Shown here: positions 12,880 through 27,158 of the stretch, piece by piece
Position numbering within the stretch: position 1 is the first letter of the stretch
Layout of the letters: every line of letters begins with the position of its first letter
Assembly: GCF_001194135.2 (NCBI RefSeq)
Contig: NC_068984.1
Coordinates: 19,131,109 to 19,195,108, forward strand
From: Octopus bimaculoides
Lineage: Eukaryota
Direction: 5' to 3'
DNA length: 64,000 bases
Notes under the pieces: model-generated
Database searches by the model: none
What the model saw: the letters and a program-made list of their open reading frames with translations, nothing else
What the model was told of the DNA's origin: nothing
Position numbers and translations under genes: made by a program

Positions 12880-13960
12880 TCAATTGTTCCAGGTGGTATG
12901 ATAGATTTAAAAAAAAATTTAACCCTTTGCTCTGATGACAATCTGTACTACCTTTACTGTTGCTGCCAAACATCTGCACATTTTCATTATCTCTATTTTT
13001 AAATCAACATATTTTGAATTTTTTTCTACTTCTTTGTCTGCAATGTCTTTGCCTGAAGGTATTGCAACGTCTATTATGAAGCATTCTCTATTTTTTTTTA
13101 TGCAAAGCATAATGAATTCTGGTCTACAGTGTTCCATTGTTCTGTCTGGATTTGAAAATCTCATAGAATTTTGGCTTTACCAGATTAATTTAGAGCCTTA
13201 TCTAGTACATGATAGTATCACTTGTTTGAAGTTTTATATCCATATATTTTTACAATGTAACCACTGTAAATTGAGATGAACCTTATCATGGTATTGCTTA
13301 TGTTCTTTTTAAGATAACATTTTGTAACCTCTTACAATCATCATCATCATTCCATATCTATTTTTCATGCTGGCATGGGTTGGACAGTTTGACAGGGGCT
13401 GGCATACTGGAGAACTGCACCAGGCACCATCTGTCTGTTTTGGCATGATTTCTATGGTTGGATGTCTTTCCTAATATTTTGCAGTGTCTTGGATGCTTTT
13501 TAAGTGATACTAGTATGGCAGCTTTTTATGTGGCACCAGCATGAGTGCATTTAATGAAGTGTCACCATGGGCCTTTTTTTTTACATGGTATTAGCATGTG
13601 TGCTCAATATTTTCCTCTCATTGATTACATTGGCAGCACTTGTTCACTGAAGTAGTGTTTAGAGTTTGATTGTGAGAAGCTACAAACAAACTTTCAATTT
13701 CATTCTTTAAATCTCCACTCTGGAGCCACTTTCCATGATGAGTCAAATTTTTCACATTCTACAGGGTGTCCACATAGTCTGGGTACATCTTAGCTTTCTA
13801 CAATCTCTTCACCTCTTTGGCTAGGTCCTGATATTTCTTAATTTCTGTTTCAATTTCTTTGGTAGTATAGCAAAGTCTGTGATCTTATAGTTTGTTTCTT
13901 TTGTCCTGTATAATCATAACTAATCTTCTTGATTCAGTTGTATGGTCAGTCTTTATGACT
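12880..13960 (-). mobile_element. RLE non-LTR fragments, interrupted at ~13338-13610 by a (GAT)n-family insertion
   Basis: RPEFIMLCIKKNRECFIIDVAIPSGKDIADKEVEKNSKYVDLKIEI (RPD...D.AIP...KE.EK..KY.DL motif). A second KKYQDLAKEVKRL fragment lies at ~13780-13950. Confidence 0.82.
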
Positions 13961-13979
13961 ATTATCATTATTATTATTA

Positions 13980-14015
<36 letters not shown>

Positions 14016-14173
14016 GGAAGGGCAGGCGTTAGGAAGGGCATCCAGCTGTAGAAACTCTGCCAAATTTAGATTGGAGCCTGGTGTTGCCATCCGGTTTCAC
14101 CAGTCCTCAGTCAAGTCGTCCAACCCATGCTAGCATGGAAAGCGGACGTTAAACGATGATGATGATGATGATG

Positions 14174-14215
<42 letters not shown>

Positions 14216-14219
14216 ATTC

Positions 14220-14730
14220 TGCCATGGTTGACTTTGCTTTTAATCCTTTTGGGGTTCGATAAAATAAGTACCAGTTGAGCACTGGGGTCGATGTAATGGA
14301 CTTACCCCTCCCCTGAACTTACTGGCCTTGTGCCAAATGGTGAAACCACCCCCACCACCACCGCCTTCGTCGTCATCATCATCATCATCATCAAAGTGGT
14401 GGGCTGGCAGAATTGTTAGAGCATCAGACAAGAATGCTTTGACATTTCTTCTAACTCTTTACATTTTGAGTTCAAATCCCACTAATGTCAACTTTGCCTT
14501 TTATTCTTCTGAGGCCAATACAATAGTGTACCATTAGAGCATCAGACAAAATACCTGGTGGTATTTAAATATAGCCCTTTATATTCTGAGTTCCAATCCT
14601 GCTGAGATCAACTTTGTCCCTCATCATTTTGGAGTTGATAAAATAAGTAAGGCAGAGGGTTATATATAATTGACAAATTCCTCTTCCCAATTTTCTGGTC
14701 TTGTACTATTTTAAGAAATTATTATTAATA
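14220..14730 (+). mobile_element. Cluster of three partial copies of the (TTA)n-tailed SINE family
   Basis: Repeated blocks gagttcaaatcc...actttgcc...ataaaataagta. Further copies at ~20955-21175 (-), ~29990-30150 (-) and ~57240-57845 (+). Confidence 0.7.
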
Positions 14731-16229
14731 TAATGACAGTATTAAACACTTTTAATACATACACAAATATAGAAAAGTGCTAGCTATAATATCTTGTCTC
14801 AGATAAACTACTATCCGAGAGTTTTTGTGTTAAAGATTAAGATGTTCCTCAGAATGTTATTGGTAGATTGTCAAAAAAGGCACAGATGAATTCTGTTTTT
14901 AATACACAAATCTCAATGGGAAGCTCCCCTTTGACAAAATAATACAGGTAATGTCATTCTACACTTTTATATTCATTATAAATGTTATGCATATCATTAA
15001 TTTGATTCAACACAGTTTCAAGTTTGTACATTAATTTAATTCTAGCCTGGTCAGTCTTCATACAAATCCATAAATATTTTATTTAATAATTTCATTTAAT
15101 AATTTCTATATTGGAACAAGCAAATCAGAACGCCTGGTGGATGATTGCCATTAAGGGGATCAAATCAGGCCAAAACACTGGTGTCTGATGATCTGCTGAT
15201 AACATTCTGAGTGAGCTTTGTGTTTTTTAACACAAAAGTTTCTTTGAGATGCCTCTTAAAGATAAAATATCACAGCTAGTACGATTCTATATTTATATAT
15301 ACAATATAAATATTATACACATCATTATTCTAATTTAATGTGGTTTCAAGTGTATATGTAGAGGTATTATTAATATTATTACCATTATTCACGATGATGA
15401 ATTTGGAAAATCATTACAGCATCAGACAGTCTTTATGTTCTAAGTTTAAAACTCACTGAGACAGATTTTGTATGTGAATCTATTAAAGAGAGAGATAGAC
15501 TAAGTTCATTGTCTGCCTCTGGCCATTATTTTAATGAGAGACTGTTATACTTTAGTGAGCCTACTATGAATGAGGTTAAATGTTATTTGGGACTCTTTCT
15601 CTTTTCATAGATTCATTCAGTTTGCTTCAGTAAAGGTACAGACGTGCTTTAAACAAGTATTGTTTCTTATTTCATTTTTCTTGCCTATTTCTTTCTTACT
15701 CTTCTTTGAGAAAAAATTCACCCAAAATATCAGTCTACTTCTTTTCGTTTTCTTTTTTTCAGCACACTCTGCCCAACTTTTAATAAATAATTTTCCTTTT
15801 GTGTATTTATATTTTGTCCACCTGTTGTAACCTCTCATGTCCATCTGTCTATTTCCTATTCCGCTCATTGCATTTGAGCTATTTTACTTATTTACATATA
15901 TGTATATAATATAAGCGATGTTGTTCATTTCCAGTCTTTTGTGGAAAAAACATGTCTGACTGAGGGGAAATACTACCTTGCCTCTTAACAGATGAGGGTT
16001 GGTGACAGGAAGAACATCTGGTCAAAGGAAGTCTGTCACAAGGAATTCTATTTGACCCAGGCAAATATAGAAAAGTGGACATTAAAACAGTGATGGTACA
16101 CACATGCACACACAAACACATACACATGTATGCATCCACACATGTAAACATGCAAGCATGCATCCACACATGTAAGCATGCATGCATGCACACACACGTA
16201 CATGCACACACACGCATGCGCGCGCGCAC

Positions 16230-16260
<31 letters not shown>

Positions 16261-18031
16261 AAGTGGAACCTGCTTATTTTTATCAGGGATAGTATTAAAA
16301 TCAAAATAATGACTCACAGAATCATTATTTGTTTGTTGAATGTTATCAGCTGATTATTATTATTGAAANNNNNNNNNNNNNNNNNNNNNNNNNNNNNNNN
16401 NNNNNNNNNNNNNNNNNNNNNNNNNNNNNNNNNNNNNNNNNNNNNNNNNNNNNNNNNNNNNNNNNNNNNNNNNNNNNNNNNNNNNNNNNNNNNNNNNNNN
16501 NNNNNNNNNNNNNNNNNNNNNNNNNNNNNNNNNNNNNNNNNNNNNNNNNNNNNNNNNNNNNNNNNNNNNNNNNNNNNNNNNNNNNNNNNNNNNNNNNNNN
16601 NNNNNNNNNNNNNNNNNNNNNNNNNNNNNNNNNNNNNNNNNNNNAGCGAGTGCGTTGCCAGTGCTGCTGGACTTGCCCCTGTGCAGGTGATACGTAAAAC
16701 CACCATTTGAGTGTTGTTTCCACACAATGTAGTCCTCCAGGAGAATTATATATGTGTGTGTGTATGTGTGTGTGAAGGTGCATGACTTAGTGGTTAGGGT
16801 ATTGCATCCTCAATTGTGAAATCATGGTTTCGATTCCAGGTCATGCATTGCTTTGTGTTCTTGAGCAAAGCACCTCATTTCACATTGCTCTGTGATCATT
16901 TCATCATCTAACATGTGGCACATGGTGCACCTGTACAAATAATGTTGATTTGATGGAGGGATTACTATAAACAAATCATCTGCATGGTTTTTCAGCAAGA
17001 AATTGTTGAACCCTCATACGTCATTTAATGATAAGAGAATCCATGATATNNNNNNNNNNNNNNNNNNNNNNNNNNNNNNNNNNNNNNNNNNNNNNNNNNN
17101 NNNNNNNNNNNNNNNNNNNNNNNNNNNNNNNNNNNNNNNNNNNNNNNNNNNNNNNNNNNNNNNNNNNNNNNNNNNNNNNNNNNNNNNNNNNNNNNNNNNN
17201 NNNNNNNNNNNNNNNNNNNNNNNNNNNNNNNNNNNNNNNNNNNNNNNTAGGAATATTACTATTCACAACAAAATAATAGGTAACAAACCAGTAATTCATT
17301 GGATATTTTCTATCCCTTAAGGTGGTTATTTTAATCTCTATTTAAATTTATATATATATATATATATATAGAAATATAAAAACAGAAAATGGAGAAGCAT
17401 CAATGAACAACAATTGACTTACATCAATTATTATTTATTAATTCAACACAAATAGACTGCATCCTATCTAACAACTGTTTCTGTTTCAAATGTTGTATGA
17501 TATTGATGTGCTAAAATCATCATCATCATCATCATCATTTAATGTCTGCTTTTCATGCTAGCATGGGTTGGACGATTTGACTGGGGACTGGCGAACCAGA
17601 TGGCTACACCAGACTCCAATCTGATCTGGCAGAGTTTCTACAGCTGGATGCCCTTCCTAGCGCCAACCACTCCGAGAATGTAGTGGGTGCTTTTTACGTG
17701 CCACCGGTACAAGAGCCAGTCTGGCGGTACTGGCAACAGCCATGCTCAGATGGAAGATATTTATCATATTTGATAATAAAACCGATCTGAAACATGGAGC
17801 TTCATCAGAGTGAAGAATAAATAAAGAAGAAGAGGATTCTTGATAAAGTCATGTTTATCTTTGTCTTTACCTATAATTTATAAGCATAATATGCTTGCAT
17901 ATGTATGCCCATGGTTAAAAATAGGGAATATAGCAGTAGTGTAATGGATACTTCTATCCTTTATCTATCCCTTAGACTGTTATTTTTAACCTCTAACTCA
18001 GCTAATCTTTGATATATATAAATATATTCAT

Positions 18032-18067
<36 letters not shown>

Positions 18068-18143
18068 GCATACATATATAAATATGTACATATATATATA
18101 TATATACAAATATATACATATATATATATAAATATATTCATAC

Positions 18144-18174
<31 letters not shown>

Positions 18175-18599
18175 TGCACATATATATATATTATATTATT
18201 TGATTGAACGCCAAGCATCCATTTTGAAGTTTATAAATATACACACACATGCACACAGTGGCCTTCATACACACATACACACACACACACACAACACACA
18301 TACACGCATATATATATACATATGTGTGTGAATGTGTTTGTGTGTGTGTGTGTATATGTGTGTGTATGAAGACCATTCTTTCTGTTTGTTTAATTATTTA
18401 CATAGACATACAGTCAAAGCATTGTCTACCTGTCAAGTCATTATGCATGCTTAGTGATTATATATCTTACGTAAGCTATAGTTGTACTACTTTGAATCAT
18501 TTGCTTCTATTTAATATATATGTTGGTTGTCAACTTGGTTTTGAGCATAACCATCTCCTCATTGTAGAGATATGTCTATAACAGGTTAGGTTTTCCATC

Positions 18600-19150
18600 A
18601 AAAGTCCTCCGTTAAGTAACTTGCTTCACTTTTGTTTCAGATTATTTTTGTGACAAATGTAGTGTATAACTTTGTTAACAATCATACCAAAAGCAGTTCT
18701 GCTCTTGTATATTTTTTCCAAATGGATTTTCAGCCTGGCACCAGATGAGCACATATTTGGACATGAAGGCCAGCAGTTCTTGGGGGGGCTTTCAGATCTG
18801 TGTGTATATAAGCATCTTGTGTTTGTCTCTCAATATGTGACCTTTCATGGAGGACAAGTCCATGTTTTGTAAGTGTAATGTCATTACAGATGATAGGCCC
18901 TCTACCATGCAGAACTTCAACTAGCTGCTGTTTTCCCACATTATGTTTCATGATTTGATAAGCAATTCTAATTTTCTCAAACTGCAGACTATTCTTCTTG
19001 GTTATAAACCACCATTTACTTCTGTTTATGGTAATACGTTTCTAAAGAACAGAGCTGATATTTTAAGACTTAAAGGTTTTTTTTTGCTTTCTTGTGACAT
19101 CATAAAATCTCATTTTTGGTTTGTGTTAGGGAAGCTTATCGAGAACTAAT
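18600..19150 (-). mobile_element. RTE-type LINE 3' remnant
   Basis: KPKMRFYDV...NRSKWWFITKKNSLQFEK followed by C2H2-like KHGLVLHERSH. Confidence 0.6.
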
Positions 19151-19890
19151 TCTCTATAAAATAATAGCTACCATGTTTACTTCAGATAAATGTGCACATG
19201 TAATTGTGTATTTGGCAATCGTATTTGCCATGAAATAAGATTTTAAGTCACTGTGTTTGCATTTAAATTTCAAGACGGAGTGGGTTAGGAAAGAAAAGAA
19301 GAAAAAAAAAAAACCTGAAAAATTAAGTTAATTTATTTCTTCTCTTATTTTCTTCAGTGTCTCAACAATCTAATTTTCTTCCTTATCTTTCTATGAATGA
19401 TTAATTTTCTTTTTAATTAATTGAAAACGAAACTATAACAGATATGCTTTGCTCAGAAAAATGTGAAGATGTGATGATAGATTTCTTGTTCAAACTTTTC
19501 TTTAAACAAGTTTCCAATGTCAAGAAAGACAACATGAGGAAGTCTGAGTTATTGCCCCTCTTAGATATTTACTCATTCTCCCAAATCCAGGTATCATTGT
19601 GATTTGCTATAAATTATTGTTAGCTATTGTTGTAATTGTTTTTTAAGCAGCCTGATATATGTTGAGGAAAACAAGTTTAATTTATTTCAGATGGAGTAGA
19701 ATTTTGCCTGGCATGAAAACTTGAGTTACTGTAATTATATTAATTAAACCATTTGAAATTATCATGCAAATTAAGAGTTTTCACTTGCTGAAACTTATCT
19801 ACACAATATCAGTATCTGTGTATATGTATCCATATATCAGTGTATGTGTGTGTATATACATATATGGTCAATTCAAATTGACCTGCTTAC

Positions 19891-20310
19891 TGGTATGAAC
19901 ATCATCCTGAGCCAGTCATTGAAGGTAAAAATGTCACTATCTTCTGGGATTTTCCAGTCAACAATGACAGAAAGATCAAGGCTAATTGACCAGACATAAT
20001 TATTAAAGACAGGGAAGAAAATACTTGTAGACTAATAGATGTAAGTATTCCCACTGATGAAAATATATCTGTAAAGGAATTTGATAAATTAAGTAAATAT
20101 AAGGTCTTGAAAATTGAAATACAAAAAATGTGGCATCTTAAAGCGAGAACTGTTCCTGTTATTGTGGGTACCGTAGATATAATAAAAAAAAAAGGGATAT
20201 CAGAAACATTTAGATAAGATCCCAGGAGAACCATGTCTCAGAGAAATCCAAAAGATTGTGCTGACAAGTACTGCCCACATCCTTAGAAAAGCCCTATCCA
20301 TTTAAATGTC
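19891..20310 (+). mobile_element. RLE non-LTR 3' coding fragment
   Basis: WYEHHPEPVIEGKNVTIFWDFPVNNDRKIKAN*PDIIIKD...LIDVSIPTDENISVKEFDKLSKYKVLKIEIQKMWHLK. Confidence 0.88.
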
Positions 20311-20448
20311 TGTGTTTATATGAAGATACTTCACTACTGCTCCTGCCAAGCTTTCAGTCATACTGTAATATCTCTTATCCTTCACTCGCTTCAGGACACT
20401 GGTGTGTCTTGGCAAGTGATTGTAATAAACATGCAGATTAAAAGTAAA

Positions 20449-20450
<2 letters not shown>

Positions 20451-20507
<57 letters not shown>
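20451..20507. repeat. (AAT)n microsatellite
   Basis: About 19 perfect units, between two RLE fragments. Confidence 0.97.
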
Positions 20508-20508
<1 letters not shown>

Positions 20509-20957
20509 GACATGAGTATTCCTTGCGATCATAATATAGCAGCGAAAGAATTTGACAAGATCAGTAAATATAAAGACTTGCTAATAGAAATTGAAAGAAT
20601 GTGGCATCTCAAGGCGACTACTGTACGAGTGATTGTAGGATCTCAAGGAATGATAAAAAAAGGTACTGAAACCTATTTGAAAATGATACCAGGCCTACCA
20701 TCCTTACAGAAAATGCAAAAAATCGTGTTAACTGGAACGACTCATGTACTGAGAAGAGCATTATCACTTTGAAAACAACATCCATTCATGAATTTATTTA
20801 TTTATTAATTTTTTTAAATACATGTTTTACCTGTGAATTTGCGTGTGTAAACTGGGAATGCATACAATGAGCTTCTCTGCCCTAGGTGTACGGAAAACAC
20901 TCGGCGAGAAATGGAAGAAAATTTGAAGAAGAAAAAAAACAATATAATAATAATAAT
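20508..20957 (+). mobile_element. 5'-truncated RLE non-LTR copy between two (AAT)n tracts
   Basis: MSIPCDHNIAAKEFDKISKYKDLLIEIERMWHLKATTVRVIVGSQGMIKKG...LQKMQKIVLTGTTHVLRRALSL*. Preceded by (AAT)~19 and followed by aataataataat. Confidence 0.88.
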
Positions 20958-21399
20958 CCTTTCAACAATAGGCACAAGACCTGAAATTTGGGGGAGGGGA
21001 CTAGTTGATTACATCAACCCCAGTGTTTCACTGGTACTTAAGTTATCGACTCCAAAAGGATGAAAGGTAAAGTTGTCCTTGGTGGAATTCGAACTCAGAA
21101 TGTAGCAACGGGCAAAATATCAAGAAGCATTTTGCCCGGCATGCTTACAATTCTGCCTGCTCACCACCTTTAATGATATGGAAGCTTGTCTGATGGGAAA
21201 TCGAACCCTGGTCTCCCATGTGACAGCAAATTGAGAGACCAGGTAGAGGCTCTGTTGTTGGATTGCACACATAAGGAATATAGATGTCAATAACTAAATA
21301 AATATTCCACACACCTTTCTTTCCAATTGTACATATAATAATAATAACAATCCTTTCTATTATTATTATTATTATCATTATTATTGTTGTTGTTGTTGT

Positions 21400-22480
21400 T
21401 TTACATCTCAGAACACTTGGTGTCCTGGTAGATTCTGTAAGAGCAGACAGCAGCCTGCTGTCAGAGGTCTCACAGGGTCTCTTTCTGCACATTATAAGCT
21501 GTGATACTTGCTTGTTAATTATCGTGGGATACTTCTAACATTGAAGTACCAATCTCAAAATCCTAGCTGACCCCAGCAGAGAAATTATTGCCTGCTCTGA
21601 TGATAACTGTTATAACTTTCACTTTTGTTGCTGGGCGTCTCTACATTTTAATATCCCTGCTTTTAAATCTGTATATTTCAAGATCTTCCTCTATTTCCTT
21701 GTCTACAATGTTTTCACTTGAAGGGTTTGCAACATCTATTATGAAGCATTCTCTTTTTTATGCCAAATATAATAATATCCTGTCTATAGTGTTAAATTTT
21801 TCTGTCTGTCTGGATTTCAAAATTTTGGTTTACCATGTTCAATTACCTCCCTTCCTGGTACCTGATTGTACCACTTGTATGAAGTGTTGTATCCCTATTT
21901 TTTTAGAAAATGAAAGTGTAAACTGCAACTAACCTTATCTTGGCATCCTTTGTATTCTTTTAGTGCTAATATTTTGCCGCCTGTTACAATATGCTCAATA
22001 ATTACTACTCCTTGATTACATAGGCAACACTTGTTCATTGAAGGAGAGGAATAAATACTCTTGCTCACCAAAGTAATGTTTAGAATTTGATTTTGAGCAG
22101 CCACCAACAAACTTTCAGTTTCCCATTTTAAATCTCCGCTCTGGAACTAATATGATGGGTCAGGATTTTCCACAATTTTGGTATCTCTATGGAATTGTCC
22201 ATGTAATTACAATTCTTCCAATATTTCCTTTCATTCACAAATTATCCTGCTTTTGCATGTTTTCCTCTCTTCAAGCTCCACACTAATCCTAGTTTTATTG
22301 CTGCATGTTTAAACAGTTCTTCTTCACTTTTTGCAAAGCAGTGGTTTACTGATCTTTGCTCTTCATTCACACAAGCAGAAATGCTAATAAGTCTTTGCCT
22401 TGCAATCTTCCTTTTCACAAATAAACGACTGACATTTGCCTTTGGATGAAGTGTTCCATGCATTTGTCTGTTGAATGCCT
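21400..22480 (-). mobile_element. Longer RLE non-LTR remnant (RT C-terminus, CCHC knuckle, RLE)
   Basis: MHGTLHPKANVSRLFVKRK (HP.S..RLY..R..GGRGL-like), LVAAQNQIL...CCLCNQ..IEHIVTGGKILALKEYKGCQDKV (CCHC region), then the RLE motif. Ends at an (ATT)n tract near 21345-21400. Confidence 0.88.
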
Positions 22481-22724
22481 GCTTCTTTTTAAATTTTTTT
22501 TGTCAATTCACTATTCCAGCACTGTATCGCATGACAGCAACCACTCATGCATTGATCATATTTATCAAATTTCTTGAATTATATTCGGACTTCAATACAA
22601 GCTTTAATCTTTTTAGATATATTATTTTCTTTCATTTCCTTCATTTCCTTACATATAGTATCATTGAGTTCCAATATACCTAGATATTTGTTTCCATTAT
22701 ACCACTGGATTTCAGTACACCAAG

Positions 22725-22844
<120 letters not shown>

Positions 22845-23924
22845 TTCATCATTATGTCCTACAAGTAGTTTCATGTGATTTTTTTTTCCACAGTGCCATC
22901 AAGTGCACTATATTCATTATTGTTATTATTATCAATATGTTTGTTTAATTTATAAAAACAATTGCAAACGAGATAGCAATTACAGTATCTACGAAAACAA
23001 CAAAAACAAAAATAAAAGTAAAACCATAAGTGTATGAATCTAACGTTTTCTCCAATTATGGCTTCAGGTTCTCTCAATGAAAATATTTGTTGCTTATATA
23101 ATTTCATTTACAAGTCAAAATAAATGAAAACAAGATATAAAAACAAATAAACAGCAAATCAAACCAACAACAGACTACACAGACTGAATAATTTCTTAAG
23201 AATTAAATCAATACCATTTCATTGAATTTTGTGGCGCTGAGATGGTAGGAAGAATATATCTGAAGAGAATCATGATGTTTGGAAAAGTTTAGAATAGTTT
23301 TACCTGTATTAATGACCTTTAAGTTCTCTTAATGACATGTAATTAATAAACTGGCTTGACAAGGAGTGTATATATTAATGACTATACTAGTTTTCTATCG
23401 ATAGGTTTTTTTTTTCTTCTCTTAAAGTTTTCAAATAAATTGTTGGTCTCTAAATTAAATTTCTTTGTTTGTCACCAGTGAATGAATGGTGAATACATGT
23501 TTTATATTCAAATGAAGCAAAGAAAAAAATAAAAATAAAAAAATAAATATGAAAACTTGGTGAAGAAGAACCATTTGGTCCCAGGTTCAATCCCATTCTG
23601 TGGCACCTTGGCCACTGTAGTCTCATTACAAATATATTATTGTTTTACATCAACTCTTCCATGTTGACATGAGTCACTTAGGAATTTTCGTTCATCTCAT
23701 CTTCTTATTTTACTTATTTCTGGGAATGTTGTAGGGTCAGAGTCCTTAAGCACACCTTCCATCAGATCCTGTCAGAAGGAACTTTCCCCAAGTGATACCA
23801 ACTGAGCTCATGGATGTTATCCAACCATGGTCTATCTCTGCATCTCCTGCTGGTTTGTTTTGCCTGTAAAATTTGTCCAGGAATTATGTGTGTGTGTGTG
23901 TGTGTGTGCATGCGCGCATGCACA

Positions 23925-23979
<55 letters not shown>

Positions 23980-24224
23980 NNNNNNNNNNNNNNNNNNNNN
24001 NNNNNNNNNNNNNNNNNNNNNNNNNNNNNNNNNNNNNNNNNNNNNNNNNNNNNNNNNNNNNNNNNNNNNNNNNNNNNNNNNNNNNNNNNNNNNNNNNNNN
24101 NTATATATATATATATATTAGATTGGAGTCTGGTGTAGCCATCTGGTTTGCCAGTCCTCAGTCAAATCGTCCAACCCATGCTAGCATGGAAAGCGGACGT
24201 TAAATGATGATGATATATGTATGG

Positions 24225-24350
24225 TTGAAATTTACAGGAAAACAAAAGATGAAGACAGGTGTATGAACAACAAGCAGGTGTATTAGTTTGACGCTCGGGA
24301 AAATGAAAAAAATCTTTTATGTTTCGTGCCTACGCTCTTCAACAGAAAGG
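24225..24350 (-). mobile_element. Short repeat family with hammerhead-like architecture; second copy at ~31480-31620 (+)
   Basis: The two copies share taatacacctgcttgttgttc...cacctgtctt...tgtaaattt and gaagagygtaggc. Confidence 0.6.
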
Positions 24351-24737
24351 AATAACAAAAAATAAACAGAGAGAGGATAAAAAAAACTTGTGGATTTAGC
24401 AATCAAGCATGGCAGCTGGCTGAGGAAAAAATGGTTTGACAGGAGAAGCAGAAAGAAGGGAACATTAGCAATCTGCTAAATCATCCATAGATTTTTATGG
24501 TGAATATATATACTCTGATAGGGAAGCTAGTCTGGAATCAACCAAATGAGCTGAAATAGCCAAAAATAGCCAGTCTGTCTAAGGAATTCTCAGTTCAGTG
24601 TTCAGGGCAATTGCAGCCCCTATCAGAGTACATGTTATGTGCTTTGTAACAGCATTGGAGCACTTTAGCTCCTATTTCTAGCAATGTAGTTATTATTCAC
24701 ACCCTTAGTCAAGTTTTGTCAACAACTATAATTTTCC

Positions 24738-24780
<43 letters not shown>

Positions 24781-25675
24781 ACTGTCTCTTTACTACCATC
24801 TCATCTCCTTCCTCATTACTGTGCCATGATGCCTATGTAATAAGGGATGGCACTGGAATAGTCCATATTTAACACAACCAGCATCCTTATCTCCTTGCCT
24901 CTCTCTCTTTCATGATGCCTGTGTAATGTTCATATCTAATACATCCACCCATCACCCTTCTGTACTGCTAATCATCATTCTTCTCTCCCATGTCACTCCC
25001 TTTTAGAATAGAGCCCAGCCCTACTACTACCCATCACTTACTCTCTTACCAGCAAAAATGCAGTTGCCATTACTGCTTCTCTTCCATCATTCTTCACTAT
25101 TACTGTCTCTGTTTTATCATTCCCTCCAGCACAGTGTCTTCCATAACTCCATGCTGCACTCTCCCCTTCCATTATTCCTACTCTATCACTTTCTTGTCCT
25201 AATCATTCTGCTTTTCCTATTATATTATCTCTTCATTCACCCTCTCACACCTAGTTTATCTTCTGCTATTGCCCTCTTTTCTATTTGCCTGCTTGGTTGT
25301 GAGTGAATACTAGGGACTCTTTAATCTTATGAGATACAAGGTAACCTCACTGGTGCTGATGCCATGATAAAATGTACCCAGTGCACCCTATAAAGTGATT
25401 GACGTTGAGAAAGACATCAAATTGTAAAAGCTATGTCAGATGGACTATACGAGCAAGACGTTGGCCTTCAACCCATCTAGGAGGATAGTGTTTTGAGTTT
25501 GATTCTTTTAGGTAGAAAGATAACTTAGCCATTCGATAGAGATCAATAAAATAAATAACAAACTATAATAATGAATAATGAGCTTGATTGATTTCATTGA
25601 CTATAACCCTTGAAAATGGTGTCCAAGTATGGTGGTAGTCCCATGAATGAAACCATTAAATGAATAAAATAACAA

Positions 25676-25680
<5 letters not shown>

Positions 25681-25735
<55 letters not shown>
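25681..25735. repeat. (TG)n microsatellite; similar tract at ~49414-49467
   Basis: About 27 perfect units. Confidence 0.97.
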
Positions 25736-25736
<1 letters not shown>

Positions 25737-26931
25737 GTTATTGCTGTGTAGCCCAAGGTCAGTTCTTATTATCTACCCAGCAGGCCTATAGAAACTGTAA
25801 TTATATAGTAACTAGACATGTATGAATCACACAAAACATATCTTAATTTGTGTAAACAAGGTATTTATCATTGAGACTTTACTACAGCTAAATAAGAGAA
25901 CCCTGTTGCTATTAACAAAGAAATTGGAGCAAGTCAAGAAATGGAATCTGCCTAGGGCCACAACATGGTGCCTACATAGTGTAGTTTCAATTTTTTTAAT
26001 TACATTATAAATATCTATTATATCTTATTTACAAGAAATGTAATTCACCTGTTTTCCCAAACTAATTCTGTTTTCTAAACAAAAATCCATTAAATTAAAT
26101 CTATAGTAAAAAAAGACCCCAAAAACAAAAGGAACATGAAGAGTTATACGTTATTTGGCTGATGGGTCAAAAGCAATGATTTCCAATAAAATATTGGAAT
26201 AATGGGCCAAATTTGATTTTAAAGTATGAATGATACTCACTCCTAACAACTCCCACACTGTCTACATGCACAACACAAACACAATTGTAGGAGAGCATGT
26301 TATCTATCAGTCTAGTTATACATTTATACACTCACACATACATACATATAAATATATATGTAAATAGCAACCATATACTTACTTGCTTGATTACATTTTT
26401 CTGTACCTGCTCTAAGATAAGAACTCATTTCTTTGAGGAGTTACACAAATGCACTGAAACAATTTATATTGCCTCATTAATAAAAGAGATATTGCCTTTG
26501 CACATATAATATGCTAAGTACTTCACTGAATTAAGGTATATTTGATACTAGTCTGAAATTTATATGTAGCATTTATACGTACATTGATTTTTATGCATAT
26601 GTGCATAAAGATAAAATCGTTATTGTTCAAATATGTATATAAACAAAAAGCAAGCATTTGATGAGATTTGAATTCTTATCCATTGTTTATCCCTGTGGTA
26701 TAAACCAGTTTGATATATAGGCTACTAGGATGTTAAATCAAGAAATGTGTACAACCAAGTCCTTCCTGGGGCACATCTTATACCATGTCTTAATATTCAT
26801 AACCTATATATCTATTAATCCTAAATACAAGCTTACTCTTTGCACATTAAAACAAAATGTTATATGAAAATTTCTCAGTTGTTATAGCAGAATTGTTTAA
26901 GTTATGAATCATAAGATATAGAAATAGTGAG

Positions 26932-26965
<34 letters not shown>

Positions 26966-27158
26966 GGCTTTGTGCAGAAATAAAATGAGGAGAAAAATAT
27001 AGCAATGGAAACACTAATTACAGCATTCATAAATAGCACAGTGAACACAAGTATGTATATTCATGTGAACATACATATGCATATGTATACACATACACAC
27101 ATATACGATTCGTGCTTATGCACACCATCATTAGTAGAATTATGTAATGCAAAATATA

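Noticed and set aside
18641-18750. Strong-looking plus-strand acceptor (cacttttgtttcag) and 73-aa minus ORF with a His motif
   Set aside because: All plus frames hit stops, and the region is explained by an RTE 3' remnant on the minus strand.
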